64,000 nucleotides of DNA from Halioglobus sp. (GTDB taxonomy: Bacteria > Pseudomonadota > Gammaproteobacteria > Pseudomonadales > Halieaceae): assembly GCA_036961205.1 (NCBI GenBank), contig JBALVI010000010.1, positions 18,377 through 82,376 of the forward strand, read 5' to 3'. The translations under genes were made by a program, and so were the position numbers. The first letter of the stretch is position 1; each line of letters begins with the position of its first letter. This document shows, piece after piece, positions 15,129 to 24,045 of this stretch. A model generated the notes under the pieces. That model was not told the origin of the DNA. It saw nothing but the letters and a program-made list of their open reading frames with translations, and made no database searches.

Positions 15129-15661
15129 ACACCTCGCTTTCGGTAGAGGAATTTAGCCATAAGAATCGCCGCGCCAAACGTGGCAATGCCGAAGATAAAT
15201 GAACTCAGGGCCAATTGGGATATGCCGCTAATCATGTGCCCGCTGGTACATCCACCGGCGAGGCGAGCGCCAAATAAAAGTAGTACACCACCGAAAAACG
15301 CCGCTAGGTACCGCTTCGCGATCGAGGCGCCGAAGTTCTGTTTCCACATTGTCGGCATAGAACCCTTATCTGCTTCCGGCTGTCTGCCCCGAAAGAGCGT
15401 GGAGGTAACGGCGCCACCGACCAACATGCCGAGTACAAGCATCCAGCCATAGCCAATTCCCCAATCGGTTTTTTCACCATATTTTGACAAGTAGGTGTTT
15501 GCTTCCGCAAACTCAGGGGCGAGTTGGTGTACGATTGCCGCGTCTGATACTACAAATTGCGTCGAGACACCCAGTGGTTTGACCAGGGCTGTCGCGAGAA
15601 CAAGCAGCAGGCCAAGGGAAATACCTGCCGCCTTCCACGAGATGATGGGGTTATCGCTCAT
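15125..15661 (-). CDS. YeeE/YedE family sulfur-compound transporter half (N-terminal-type)
   Basis: 178 aa polytopic membrane protein with the GGCTSGHMISG motif characteristic of the Sulf_transp (YeeE/YedE) family. Confidence 0.82.
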   Translation of the reverse strand: MSDNPIISWKAAGISLGLLLVLATALVKPLGVSTQFVVSDAAIVHQLAPEFAEANTYLSKYGEKTDWGIGYGWMLVLGMLVGGAVTSTLFRGRQPEADKGSMPTMWKQNFGASIAKRYLAAFFGGVLLLFGARLAGGCTSGHMISGISQLALSSFIFGIATFGAAILMAKFLYRKRGV

Positions 15662-15692
15662 CTTATTCTCCGTCTGATTTGGGTTTGCATTC

Positions 15693-15716
15693 GAATATTA
15701 GAACTTTATAATATTC
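15693..15716. promoter_or_regulatory. perfect 8-bp inverted repeat (candidate ArsR-type operator) in the divergent yeeE / MBL promoter region
   Basis: GAATATTA-GAACTTTA-TAATATTC. It shares GAATATTAG / TATAATAT elements with the sites at 16735-16746 and 17107-17128. Confidence 0.45.
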
Positions 15717-15746
15717 TTTTAAACAAATATAACGCGGTAGCAAGCG

Positions 15747-16718
15747 ATGAACAAGCGGATTTTTGGCAACATACTCTTATTAGCTTTCATTTTGGCGGCT
15801 GTATTGCCCGCCCTATCGACGCGAGCCCAGAGTGCATCTGCATTTCAACTCGAAGTAACCCGGGTGTCGGACTCCGTATATGTAGCAGTGGGTGTAACCA
15901 AGCCTCCCGGCTATGAGAATGGCGGGCACAACAATAACCTGTCGTTCGTCATCACTACCGGTGGTGTATTGGTGGTCAATGGGGGCGACAACTACATGCT
16001 GGCAGAGACGCTACACCGGCAGATTAAACAGCGCACCGCGCAACCGGTGAAATGGGTGGTCAATGAAAATGGGCAGGGTCACGCCTTCCTCGGAAACAGC
16101 TATTGGGCCACACAAAAGGGCGTAGAGATTATTGCGCATGAGGATGCCATAGCCGAAATGGAGGTCCACGGAGAGGCCGCGCTGCGCCGCATGCAGGAGC
16201 TGCTGCGGGAAAAGGGTGATAAGACGACCATAAGCATACCCACGCAAAGCTTTGGTGCAGCAACAGACGACCGCTTTCTTATAGAGCTTGGTGGTACCCG
16301 AATAGAACTGCTGCGCTTTGGTGCAGCGCATTCACCCGGGGATATTTCAGTGTGGTTGCCACAGGACAATATCCTGATTGCCGGCGATATTGCCTTTCAC
16401 CAGCGCCTGCTGGGCATCTTCCCCGACACGGATGTGGCCGGCTGGATAGAATCTTTTCAGCGAATGACGGCGATGCAGCCCAAAATTATCATCCCAGGAC
16501 ACGGGGCACCCACCGATGTTGATACTCTGAACCGGGAAACCTTGGGATACCTGCTGTATCTGCGGACCGAGATCGAGAGAATACTCGATGAGGATGGTGA
16601 CCTTTCCGACGCATACTCGATCGATCAATCGGCCTACGAATATCTGGATACCTTTGAGGAGCTGGCCGTTAAAAATGCAGGCCGACTGTACCAGACCATG
16701 GAAATGGAGTACTTCTGA
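15747..16718 (+). CDS. periplasmic MBL-fold metallo-hydrolase-like protein (SoxH-like by context)
   Basis: It has a signal peptide (MNKRIFGNILLLAFILAAVLPALSTRAQS) and MBL-like blocks (LVVNGGDN, AAHSPGD, IIIPGHGAP). The canonical HxHxDH position reads NENGQGH. Confidence 0.75.
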   Translation: MNKRIFGNILLLAFILAAVLPALSTRAQSASAFQLEVTRVSDSVYVAVGVTKPPGYENGGHNNNLSFVITTGGVLVVNGGDNYMLAETLHRQIKQRTAQPVKWVVNENGQGHAFLGNSYWATQKGVEIIAHEDAIAEMEVHGEAALRRMQELLREKGDKTTISIPTQSFGAATDDRFLIELGGTRIELLRFGAAHSPGDISVWLPQDNILIAGDIAFHQRLLGIFPDTDVAGWIESFQRMTAMQPKIIIPGHGAPTDVDTLNRETLGYLLYLRTEIERILDEDGDLSDAYSIDQSAYEYLDTFEELAVKNAGRLYQTMEMEYF

Positions 16719-16773
16719 GCGCTGCCTTTTTTTATTTGAATATTAGTATCCATTGTAATCGCACATTAATTTT

Positions 16774-17076
16774 TTACTCATCCTCAGCGCAGTACAGCTC
16801 ATAAAGCAGTGAGACAATCTGGGTAACTTTATCGCCCGCGATGGAGTAATAGATGGTCTGGGCATCACGGCGGCTTTCGACAACGCCCATATGACGCATG
16901 CGTGCGAGGTGCTGGGACAGCGCAGACTGCTTGATTCCGACGCTTTCCGATAACTCTCCTACTGACTGCTCGCCCAATTTTAACTGGCACAACACCATCA
17001 GTCGGTCCGCGTGACCGAGTAATTTGAGCATCTCGCTTGCAGCCCGAGCTGAATTCTGCATTTTTTCCAAATCCAT
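16774..17076 (-). CDS. ArsR/SmtB-family transcriptional regulator, two-Cys (BigR/SqrR/SoxR-like)
   Basis: 100 aa with a wHTH (SVGELSESVGIKQSALSQHLARMRHMGVV). There is a Cys in LMVLCQL and a second near the C-terminus (LYCAEDE). It is divergent from soxC. Confidence 0.88.
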   Translation of the reverse strand: MDLEKMQNSARAASEMLKLLGHADRLMVLCQLKLGEQSVGELSESVGIKQSALSQHLARMRHMGVVESRRDAQTIYYSIAGDKVTQIVSLLYELYCAEDE

Positions 17077-17106
17077 AAACTGATCTCTAAAAATTGGTAG
17101 TTGCTT

Positions 17107-17128
17107 TATATTTGAATTTTATAATATA
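17107..17128. promoter_or_regulatory. AT-rich inverted repeat (candidate operator) between the arsR-like gene and soxC
   Basis: TATATT-TGAATTTTAT-AATATA. It contains a TATAAT hexamer at 17120-17125. Confidence 0.4.
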
Positions 17129-17174
17129 CTAATAAGCTGTGATTGAGAAGCCTTGAAAACAATAAGGATTTTGC

Positions 17175-18488
17175 ATGTCAAAACAACAGGAACTCGATGC
17201 CCTGGTGCAATCCATTGCGGTATCGGGCGAGCAGCTACCGGGCCTGGAACGAAGAAAATTCCTCAAGCAGGGAATTATCATGCTTGGAGCAGCGGGCGTT
17301 GCCAGCGCGACGGATGTTACCTCTGCAGGCTCTGGAACGCCACCCGATGTACCCCCCTGGACAAAGAGCCTGGGACCCGGCGTTGTCAGCAACCCCTACG
17401 GGGCCCCTTCCCCATTTGAGGCTCACGTTAAACGCCGAACGGTTGAATGGCTGACGGCGGATAAGATTGCCTCCATCAGCTTTACCCCCCTCGCAGATTT
17501 GAAGGGTATTATTACCCCCAGTGGCGTGGTCTTCGAGCGCTATCACGCCGGTGTTCCGGCCGTTGATCCCGGCATCCACAGGCTGATGATTCACGGCATG
17601 GTAGACCGCCCGATTATCCTTTCGATGGATGATCTGATGCGCTTTCCGTCCGTCAGTATGATCAGGTTTCTGGAATGTCCTGCCAATGGAGGAATGGAAT
17701 GGCGAGGCGCACAAATGGACAGACTGCAATTCAGCCATGGCATGCTCGCATGCTGTGAATGGACAGGCGTGCTGCTGTCTACCCTGCTACAGGAGGTTGG
17801 TGTACAAAAAGGTGCGGGGTGGGTGCTGGCAGAGGGGGCCGACGGTTCCCACATGAGTCGCAGTATCCCGATGGATAAGGCGATGGACGATGCGCTTATC
17901 GTCTACGCGCAGAATGGCGAAGCCCTGCGACCTGAACAAGGTTACCCCGTGCGGTTGATCAACCCTGGTTGGGAGGGCAATACCTGTGTCAAGTGGCTGC
18001 GGCGTCTCGAAATCGGTGATAAACCCTGGCATCACCGCGAGGAAACATCGAAGTACACTGACTTAATGCCCGATGGCAAAGCTCGCGAGTTCACCTACGT
18101 ACAAGAATGTAACTCCGTTGTCACCAGCCCCTGCCCGGAAAACCCATTGAGTAAGCCCGGCAAAGTCTGGGTGGAAGGACTTGCCTGGTCCGGTCGAGGA
18201 AAGATAAAACACGTCGATGTATCATTTGACGGCGGCGTTACCTGGCGGCCTACGCGCTTTACCAGCTCGGTATTGCCGCGCGCTCTGACACGGTTTGGGG
18301 TCGAGTGGGACTGGAATGGCAACACGGCGCTGGTGCAAAGTAGAGCCGTTGACGAGACCGGCTACGTACAGCCTACCTATGGTCAATTGCGTGATGTGCG
18401 GGGGTCTTCGTCGGTCTACCACAAGAATGCGATCCATACCTGGAGAGTCAACAGCAATGGGAGTGTGAGCAATGTGCAGATTTCCTAG
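17175..18488 (+). CDS. soxC: sulfane dehydrogenase molybdopterin subunit SoxC
   Basis: 437 aa with a Tat-like signal (ERRKFLKQG). It is sulfite-oxidase-family-like and lies directly upstream of, and overlapping, a diheme cytochrome (soxD) within a sox cluster. Confidence 0.88.
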   Translation: MSKQQELDALVQSIAVSGEQLPGLERRKFLKQGIIMLGAAGVASATDVTSAGSGTPPDVPPWTKSLGPGVVSNPYGAPSPFEAHVKRRTVEWLTADKIASISFTPLADLKGIITPSGVVFERYHAGVPAVDPGIHRLMIHGMVDRPIILSMDDLMRFPSVSMIRFLECPANGGMEWRGAQMDRLQFSHGMLACCEWTGVLLSTLLQEVGVQKGAGWVLAEGADGSHMSRSIPMDKAMDDALIVYAQNGEALRPEQGYPVRLINPGWEGNTCVKWLRRLEIGDKPWHHREETSKYTDLMPDGKAREFTYVQECNSVVTSPCPENPLSKPGKVWVEGLAWSGRGKIKHVDVSFDGGVTWRPTRFTSSVLPRALTRFGVEWDWNGNTALVQSRAVDETGYVQPTYGQLRDVRGSSSVYHKNAIHTWRVNSNGSVSNVQIS

Positions 18489-19386
18489 CGCTATTTCAGG
18501 GTTGTTTGTACTAGCGCTAACCGGGTTCAACGCCGCTGCGGCAGACACACCCAAGCAAGCGGCTTATTACGGCTATGGCGAACAGGCAACTGCTGAGCAG
18601 ATATCAGGTTGGGATATCGATGTGCGCCCTGACGGAAAAGGCCTGCCTCCCGGCAGTGGGTCTGTGGAAGATGGCGAGTATCTCTACGAGGAGCAATGCG
18701 CGGAATGCCACGGTTCCTTTGGCGAAGGTGAGGGGCAGTTCCCCGTGCTGGCCGGTGGTGAGGGCAGCTTGCAGGATGCCCGCCCACAAAAAACCGTGGG
18801 CAGTTTCTGGAACTACACGAGTACCTTGTGGGATTACATTCACCGAGCAATGCCGTTCACCCAACCTGAGTCGCTCAGTGATGACGAGGTCTATGCGGTG
18901 ACGGCTTACGTGCTATATCTCAATGAGCTGGTGGAAGATGATTTCGTATTGACGCAACAGAACCTGGCCGAAATCAAGCTGCCCAACGAGGCAAATTTTG
19001 TTCCCGATCCGCGACCGGATGTGCATAACACGCGTTGCATGAAAAATTGCAGGGATCCGAAAAAAATTACGATAATGTCTGAAGCTCCCCAGTATATCCC
19101 GGACCCTACTATACTTGAGGAGACTCCCCAGACGAGCGCCGGCTCGGTGGTATATCTGCAAAGCTGCGCCCTGTGTCACGACAGAGGATTGGGCGGTGCG
19201 CCGACGATTGGTAACGCAGCTCAATGGTCTGGCAGAGTTAGTCAGGGCACTGAAGTACTGTACAACCACGCTATCAATGGCTATCAAGGTGAGTTGGGGA
19301 TGATGCCGGCCAAGGGCGGCTTCGTGCAACTGTCAGATGATGAGGTCAAGGCGGCGGTGGATTACATAATGGAGCTCAGCCAGTGA
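18472..19386 (+). CDS. soxD: diheme cytochrome c SoxD
   Basis: It has a signal peptide and two CxxCH motifs (CAECH, CALCH). It is coupled to soxC. Confidence 0.85.
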   Translation: MCRFPSAISGLFVLALTGFNAAAADTPKQAAYYGYGEQATAEQISGWDIDVRPDGKGLPPGSGSVEDGEYLYEEQCAECHGSFGEGEGQFPVLAGGEGSLQDARPQKTVGSFWNYTSTLWDYIHRAMPFTQPESLSDDEVYAVTAYVLYLNELVEDDFVLTQQNLAEIKLPNEANFVPDPRPDVHNTRCMKNCRDPKKITIMSEAPQYIPDPTILEETPQTSAGSVVYLQSCALCHDRGLGGAPTIGNAAQWSGRVSQGTEVLYNHAINGYQGELGMMPAKGGFVQLSDDEVKAAVDYIMELSQ

Positions 19387-19766
19387 AAAATCGAACCGGA
19401 CAGCCCAGAGTTATGATGGTGATCCTCCACGGCCTAGGTGTGACCGCCATGACTTTGTTGGGCGGGCTCCCCTCCCTCGCACATGCGAGCCCCGAATCAA
19501 TCGCGGCTGGCGAGCAGGTTGCTTCCGACCGCAAGCTGGGAAATTGTTACTCATGCCATATGGTCGTTGGTGCCGAACTTGCTGGCAATGCCGGCCCCCC
19601 TCTAATACAGATGAAGAGCCGCTATCCGGACCGCGCAGTACTGCGGGCACAAATTGCCGACCCCCGCAGCCGTAACCCCAATACCATTATGCCGCCCTAT
19701 GGGGCGCACAACATTTTAACCGAACAGCAACTCGACCAACTGGTCGATTATGTGCTGTCACTTTAA
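19383..19766 (+). CDS. soxX: monoheme cytochrome c SoxX
   Basis: 127 aa with a single CYSCH and an IMPPYG motif. The GTG start overlaps the soxD stop, and the gene precedes soxYZA. Confidence 0.82.
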   Translation: MKNRTGQPRVMMVILHGLGVTAMTLLGGLPSLAHASPESIAAGEQVASDRKLGNCYSCHMVVGAELAGNAGPPLIQMKSRYPDRAVLRAQIADPRSRNPNTIMPPYGAHNILTEQQLDQLVDYVLSL

Positions 19767-19794
19767 ACCTGACCGAGACCACGAGGAGTATTCA

Positions 19795-20250
19795 ATGAAA
19801 CCGACCTACAAACGACGCCGCATGGTGCAGGGTCTTATGGCCTTCACCGCGATGGCCCTGCTGCCCATGCGCCTGTTTGCTGCCCGTAACGTGCCAGCAT
19901 TTAAAGCCACAGCTTACGATAATGCCGTGAAGGCCCTATTTGGGGACAAGTCCATCACTGCGTCTGACAAGGTCACACTGAAAGTGCCTGATATCGCTGA
20001 AAATGGCGCGGTAGTCCCTGCCACCGTATCGACCACCATGGAAGGGGTGAAGAGTATTACTCTATTGGTCGTCGAAAACCCCAACCCCCTGTCGGCGCGT
20101 TTCAACCTGACGCCCAATGTCTCCCCAGCGATATCTACGCGCATTAAAATGGGAAATAGCTCTGACGTTGTCGCAGCGGTGGAAACCGACAGTGGCGTAT
20201 TCACTGCAACAAAAAATGTAAAAGTCACCATCGGCGGATGTGGCGGTTAG
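19795..20250 (+). CDS. soxY: sulfur carrier protein SoxY
   Basis: The ATG at 19795 has GAGGAG 7-12 nt upstream. It has a Tat signal (KRRRMVQGL) and the C-terminal GGCGG swinging-arm motif. The track ORF starting at 19750 is judged too long. Confidence 0.92.
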   Translation: MKPTYKRRRMVQGLMAFTAMALLPMRLFAARNVPAFKATAYDNAVKALFGDKSITASDKVTLKVPDIAENGAVVPATVSTTMEGVKSITLLVVENPNPLSARFNLTPNVSPAISTRIKMGNSSDVVAAVETDSGVFTATKNVKVTIGGCGG

Positions 20251-20274
20251 CATAAACATATTAGGAGATTAGTC

Positions 20275-20586
20275 ATGGCAAAAGCTGTAAAGATACGCGC
20301 CAAATTGAAAGGGGACGTGGCGGCCGTCAAGTCACTCATGCCCCATCCGATGGAAACCGGTACACGTAAGGACGAGGCCGGCAATGTCATTCCGGCACAC
20401 TTCATTAAAACGGTGACATGCGAGCACAACGGAGAAGTAATCCTGGTGGCAGACTGGGGAGCTTCGGTGTCAAAAAACCCGTATTTCTCCTTCGAAGTTA
20501 AGGCTGCCAAGAGTGGTGATTCGATTAAAGTTGGTTGGGTGGATAACCTCGGTGAGACATCCAGTGGCGAAACCACTCTGAAATAG
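20275..20586 (+). CDS. soxZ: sulfur compound chelating protein SoxZ
   Basis: 103 aa with the HPMETG motif, directly after soxY. Confidence 0.9.
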   Translation: MAKAVKIRAKLKGDVAAVKSLMPHPMETGTRKDEAGNVIPAHFIKTVTCEHNGEVILVADWGASVSKNPYFSFEVKAAKSGDSIKVGWVDNLGETSSGETTLK

Positions 20587-20606
20587 ATTTAACAAAGAGA
20601 TTTCAT

Positions 20607-21434
20607 ATGAAGCTTTTGATACCCGGTGTTTTCCTGTCTCTGCTGATCGCCACACCTGTTTTGGCGGGCCCCGATGAAGATCTTGCAGCCTTCAAGGCGC
20701 TGTATACCAAACGTTTCCCGAGCATTGACTTACAAGCACACAAAGATGGCGCTTACGCACTCAATGAGGAAAAGCGCGAGCAGTGGTTGGAAATGGAGGA
20801 GTTTCCACCCTATGAAATTGCTGTAGATGAAGGGGTAGACCTATATTCCCAGGTGTTTCCAAATGGGGGAAGTTACGCTGACTGCCTCGGTGAAAGCGCG
20901 CCTGCCGTAAAACAGAACTATCCACGCTTTGACCAGAAAACCGGAGAAGTGGAGACGCTGGAGCAGAAGCTGAATGCCTGTAGGGTGGCAAACGACCTGA
21001 AGGCCCTGGAGTATGCGGGTGAAGCACTGGCCTCCATCGTTGCCTACATCGCGATGGAATCCAGGGGTAGCTTAACCAACGTGGTGGTTCCGGATGATGA
21101 CAGAGCTTTGGCCGCGTACACGGCCGGAAAACAGTATTACTATAAGCGGCGCGGACAACTGAACTTCGCTTGCAGTTCTTGCCATGTGCAAAATCCCGGC
21201 ATGAACTTGCGAGCGGAAACACTCAGCGCGGCGATTGGTCACACCACGCACTGGCCTGTTTATCGAGGTAAATGGGAAAGAGTGGGCTTGCTACACGAAC
21301 GGTTTCGGGAGTGTAACGAGCAGGTTCGCGCTGAACCACTGGCGCATCAAAGTGAAAGCTACCGCAACCTCGAGTACTTCTTGACGTTTATGAATAACGG
21401 GATGGAGCTCAATGGCCCCGCATCACGCAAATAA
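20607..21434 (+). CDS. soxA: monoheme cytochrome c SoxA
   Basis: 275 aa with a signal peptide, a single CSSCH, and a downstream conserved Cys (RFRECNEQ) as the candidate heme ligand. Confidence 0.88.
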   Translation: MKLLIPGVFLSLLIATPVLAGPDEDLAAFKALYTKRFPSIDLQAHKDGAYALNEEKREQWLEMEEFPPYEIAVDEGVDLYSQVFPNGGSYADCLGESAPAVKQNYPRFDQKTGEVETLEQKLNACRVANDLKALEYAGEALASIVAYIAMESRGSLTNVVVPDDDRALAAYTAGKQYYYKRRGQLNFACSSCHVQNPGMNLRAETLSAAIGHTTHWPVYRGKWERVGLLHERFRECNEQVRAEPLAHQSESYRNLEYFLTFMNNGMELNGPASRK

Positions 21435-21435
21435 C

Positions 21436-21777
21436 ATGGGAAGCAGCAGCATGTTGAATTTCGGAAAAAAAGCGAGATATGTATTACTGGGGTCTTTCCT
21501 CACAATGCTGTGTTCACAGGGCTCACATGCCACCTCGGTTGATGATGTAACAAAAATCATTGAACAGGCTGTTCACTCTCAGTCACAAGCTAGATCCGAG
21601 GGGTATGGATGGACGATAACTGCAACCTATATCGATCAGGCCAAATCGAAACTTGCCGCGGGGCAGACAGACTCGGCGATGGCGACGGCGCAACGCGCCC
21701 TGCTGGTGGCCAATAAATCCCTCGATCAGGCCCGAGCTGAAAAGACGGCCTGGCAGGCACGGGTACCAACACTTTAG
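21436..21777 (+). CDS. small secreted protein between soxA and soxB (SoxK / SoxAX-binding protein candidate by position)
   Basis: The ATG lies 1 nt after the soxA stop. It has a signal peptide (VLLGSFLTMLCSQGSHA) and a helical Ala/Gln-rich mature part. No sequence-level recognition. Confidence 0.5.
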   Translation: MGSSSMLNFGKKARYVLLGSFLTMLCSQGSHATSVDDVTKIIEQAVHSQSQARSEGYGWTITATYIDQAKSKLAAGQTDSAMATAQRALLVANKSLDQARAEKTAWQARVPTL

Positions 21778-21795
21778 ACACTATAGGACAGGCAA

Positions 21796-23559
21796 TTGAA
21801 TCGAAGAGAATTTATAGAACTGCTAATGCAGGGTGCCGTCGCTAGCGGAATTGCCGGCTATGGCTTATCAGCCGCCGCCGCGGGAAAAAGCTTTTATGAC
21901 TTCGCACCGTCGGGCAGCGCCCGTCTATTGCATATGACCGACACCCATGCTCAGTTATTACCTATTCATTTTCGTGAGCCGAATGTCAATATGGGCATCG
22001 GAGCCGCCAAGGGGCGAGTGCCACATCTTGTTGGTAAAAACCTGCTGGCTGCGATAGGTGATACTTCACCACAAATGTCCCACGCGCTGACCTATCTGGA
22101 TTTTACCGAGGCCTCTGAAAAGTACGGGCGAGTCGGCGGGTTTGCCCACTTGAGTACCCTGGTAAAGAAAATGCGTGGTGAAGTTGCCGATGGGTCCAGC
22201 TTGCTGCTCGACGGCGGCGACACCTGGCAGGGCTCCGGTACGGCGTTGTGGACTCGCGGCAGGGATATGGTCGGAGCGACTAACAAACTGGGCGTGGATG
22301 TCATGACCGGGCACTGGGAATTCACTTATCTAGAGAAGGAAATTTTGGCCAACGCCGCAGAATTTACGGGTGAGTTCGTTTCACAAAACACGCTGGCGAC
22401 GGAGGAAGCGCTATTTGATGGTGTGCCTGTTTATGACGAGGACACCGGCCATGTATTCAAACCCTACACCATGAAAGTGTTGAACGGTCGGCGGGTGGCT
22501 GTGGTGGGACAGGCATTTCCCTATACGCCCATCGCTAACCCCAAACGCTTTATACCCAATTGGACTTTTGGTATTCGCGAGGCGGAATTGTCAGAACTCG
22601 TCGCCAATATTCGAGCCAATGAATCTCCGGATGCGGTTGTACTGCTATCCCACAATGGCATGGATGTTGATATCAAGCTGGCCAGTCGTGTTTCCGGTAT
22701 CGATTTTATCCTCGGAGGGCACACCCACGATGGCGTACCCATACCGGTTGAGGTCCGTAACCCCGGTGGTAAAACGGTTGTAACCAATGCCGGCTCAAAC
22801 GGAAAATTTTTGGGCGTACTCGATATCAGCTTTGGCAAGTTGGGTGTGTCGGGCTACAGGTACAGGCTATTACCGGTTTACTCCAATTTACTGCCTGCAG
22901 ATAAGGATATGCAATCCTATATCGACGGCGTGCGGGCTCCCTACAAAAAACAACTCGACGAGGAGTTGGCGGTGGCCGATTCGCTACTGTACAGGCGCGG
23001 CAATTTTAACGGACCATTCGATCAATTGATTTGCGATGGTATGCGTGAAGTACTGGATGCGGAGATTGCCCTTTCACCGGGGTTCAGGTGGGGAACCTCC
23101 GTTCTACCCGGTGAGGCTATCACCATGGATCGCCTTCTTGACCAGACTTGCATGACCTACCCTGAAACCTATGTGCGAGATATGAAAGGTGGGGAACTGA
23201 AGACCATTCTTGAAAGTGTCGCTGACAACCTATTCAACCCCGACCCCTATTATCAACAGGGTGGCGATATGGTTCGTACCGGTGGTTTGAACTACCTCTG
23301 CGATCCATTGGCAAGCATGGGGAGCCGAATTACCGGCTTGACGCTCGCCAACGGCAAACCGGTCAATGCCAGCAAGAGTTATCGTGTGTCCGGATGGGCT
23401 ACGGTTGGGGCGCAATCCCCTGGTGCCCCCGTGTGGGATGTTGTTGCGGAGTACCTGCGTGATCAGAAAACCTACACCATGAAAAAACTCGAATCACCCG
23501 TGTTAAAAGGCATGGAATCCAACCCCGGCATCAGTGATTACGCACCCGGATTTTCCTGA
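21796..23559 (+). CDS. soxB: thiosulfohydrolase SoxB
   Basis: It has a TTG start, a Tat signal (NRREFIELL) and metallophosphoesterase motifs (LLHMTDTHAQ, DGGDTWQGS, GHWEF, SHNG, GGHTHD). The C-terminal region is 5'-nucleotidase-like. Confidence 0.93.
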   Translation: MNRREFIELLMQGAVASGIAGYGLSAAAAGKSFYDFAPSGSARLLHMTDTHAQLLPIHFREPNVNMGIGAAKGRVPHLVGKNLLAAIGDTSPQMSHALTYLDFTEASEKYGRVGGFAHLSTLVKKMRGEVADGSSLLLDGGDTWQGSGTALWTRGRDMVGATNKLGVDVMTGHWEFTYLEKEILANAAEFTGEFVSQNTLATEEALFDGVPVYDEDTGHVFKPYTMKVLNGRRVAVVGQAFPYTPIANPKRFIPNWTFGIREAELSELVANIRANESPDAVVLLSHNGMDVDIKLASRVSGIDFILGGHTHDGVPIPVEVRNPGGKTVVTNAGSNGKFLGVLDISFGKLGVSGYRYRLLPVYSNLLPADKDMQSYIDGVRAPYKKQLDEELAVADSLLYRRGNFNGPFDQLICDGMREVLDAEIALSPGFRWGTSVLPGEAITMDRLLDQTCMTYPETYVRDMKGGELKTILESVADNLFNPDPYYQQGGDMVRTGGLNYLCDPLASMGSRITGLTLANGKPVNASKSYRVSGWATVGAQSPGAPVWDVVAEYLRDQKTYTMKKLESPVLKGMESNPGISDYAPGFS

Positions 23560-24045
23560 CTACCAGTCTAGCGTATCGGCGATGATACTTTCCAGCAGGC
23601 TGTGTACGGGTGCATATTCTGCCACCTGGAGATCGGGCCTGCGAATACTGAGATAGATTGTATTCGGGTCGTCCACCAGCGTGTAAATCGAAATGCTGTA
23701 AGGGCATAGAACAAGGTTGTGCGGATTTGCGATAGTCAGTTCATAGGTGAGGCCGGCTTTGCAGAACAGGAGAATCTCTGCGTTCCCATAGGCTTTGGCT
23801 GAACTGCCGATCGCTTCAGACGTACGGGCCAGCATACTGGCCGCGTAAGCCGTGTAGGAAATCACAAGGCCTTGAGCTTCGATAGCATCTACGAGGTCAG
23901 ACTTCACATCCTGATAATTACCCTTAGTGCTGTAGACATGTGCAGCCCCGCTGGTAACGGGTTTTGGCAGAGCCCGCGCACTGGTGGCGGTAAGAAAAAT
24001 GCACAGACAGACGAGGATTGGCAGGGTTTGAATGTTTTTTTTCAC
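23560..24045 (-). CDS. DUF302 domain-containing periplasmic protein
   Basis: The GTG at 24045 has GGAG about 8 nt upstream. It has a signal peptide (VKKNIQTLPILVCLCIFLTATSARA) and a DUF302-like core (ILLFCKAGLTYELTIANPHNLVLCPYSISIY). Its stop abuts the soxB stop with no spacer. Confidence 0.72.
   Translation of the reverse strand: MKKNIQTLPILVCLCIFLTATSARALPKPVTSGAAHVYSTKGNYQDVKSDLVDAIEAQGLVISYTAYAASMLARTSEAIGSSAKAYGNAEILLFCKAGLTYELTIANPHNLVLCPYSISIYTLVDDPNTIYLSIRRPDLQVAEYAPVHSLLESIIADTLDW

Noticed and set aside
19750-19794. Longer SoxY start from the ORF track (MCCHFKPDRDHEEYS...)
   Set aside because: It would overlap soxX and precede the Tat signal. The internal ATG at 19795 has a GAGGAG SD.
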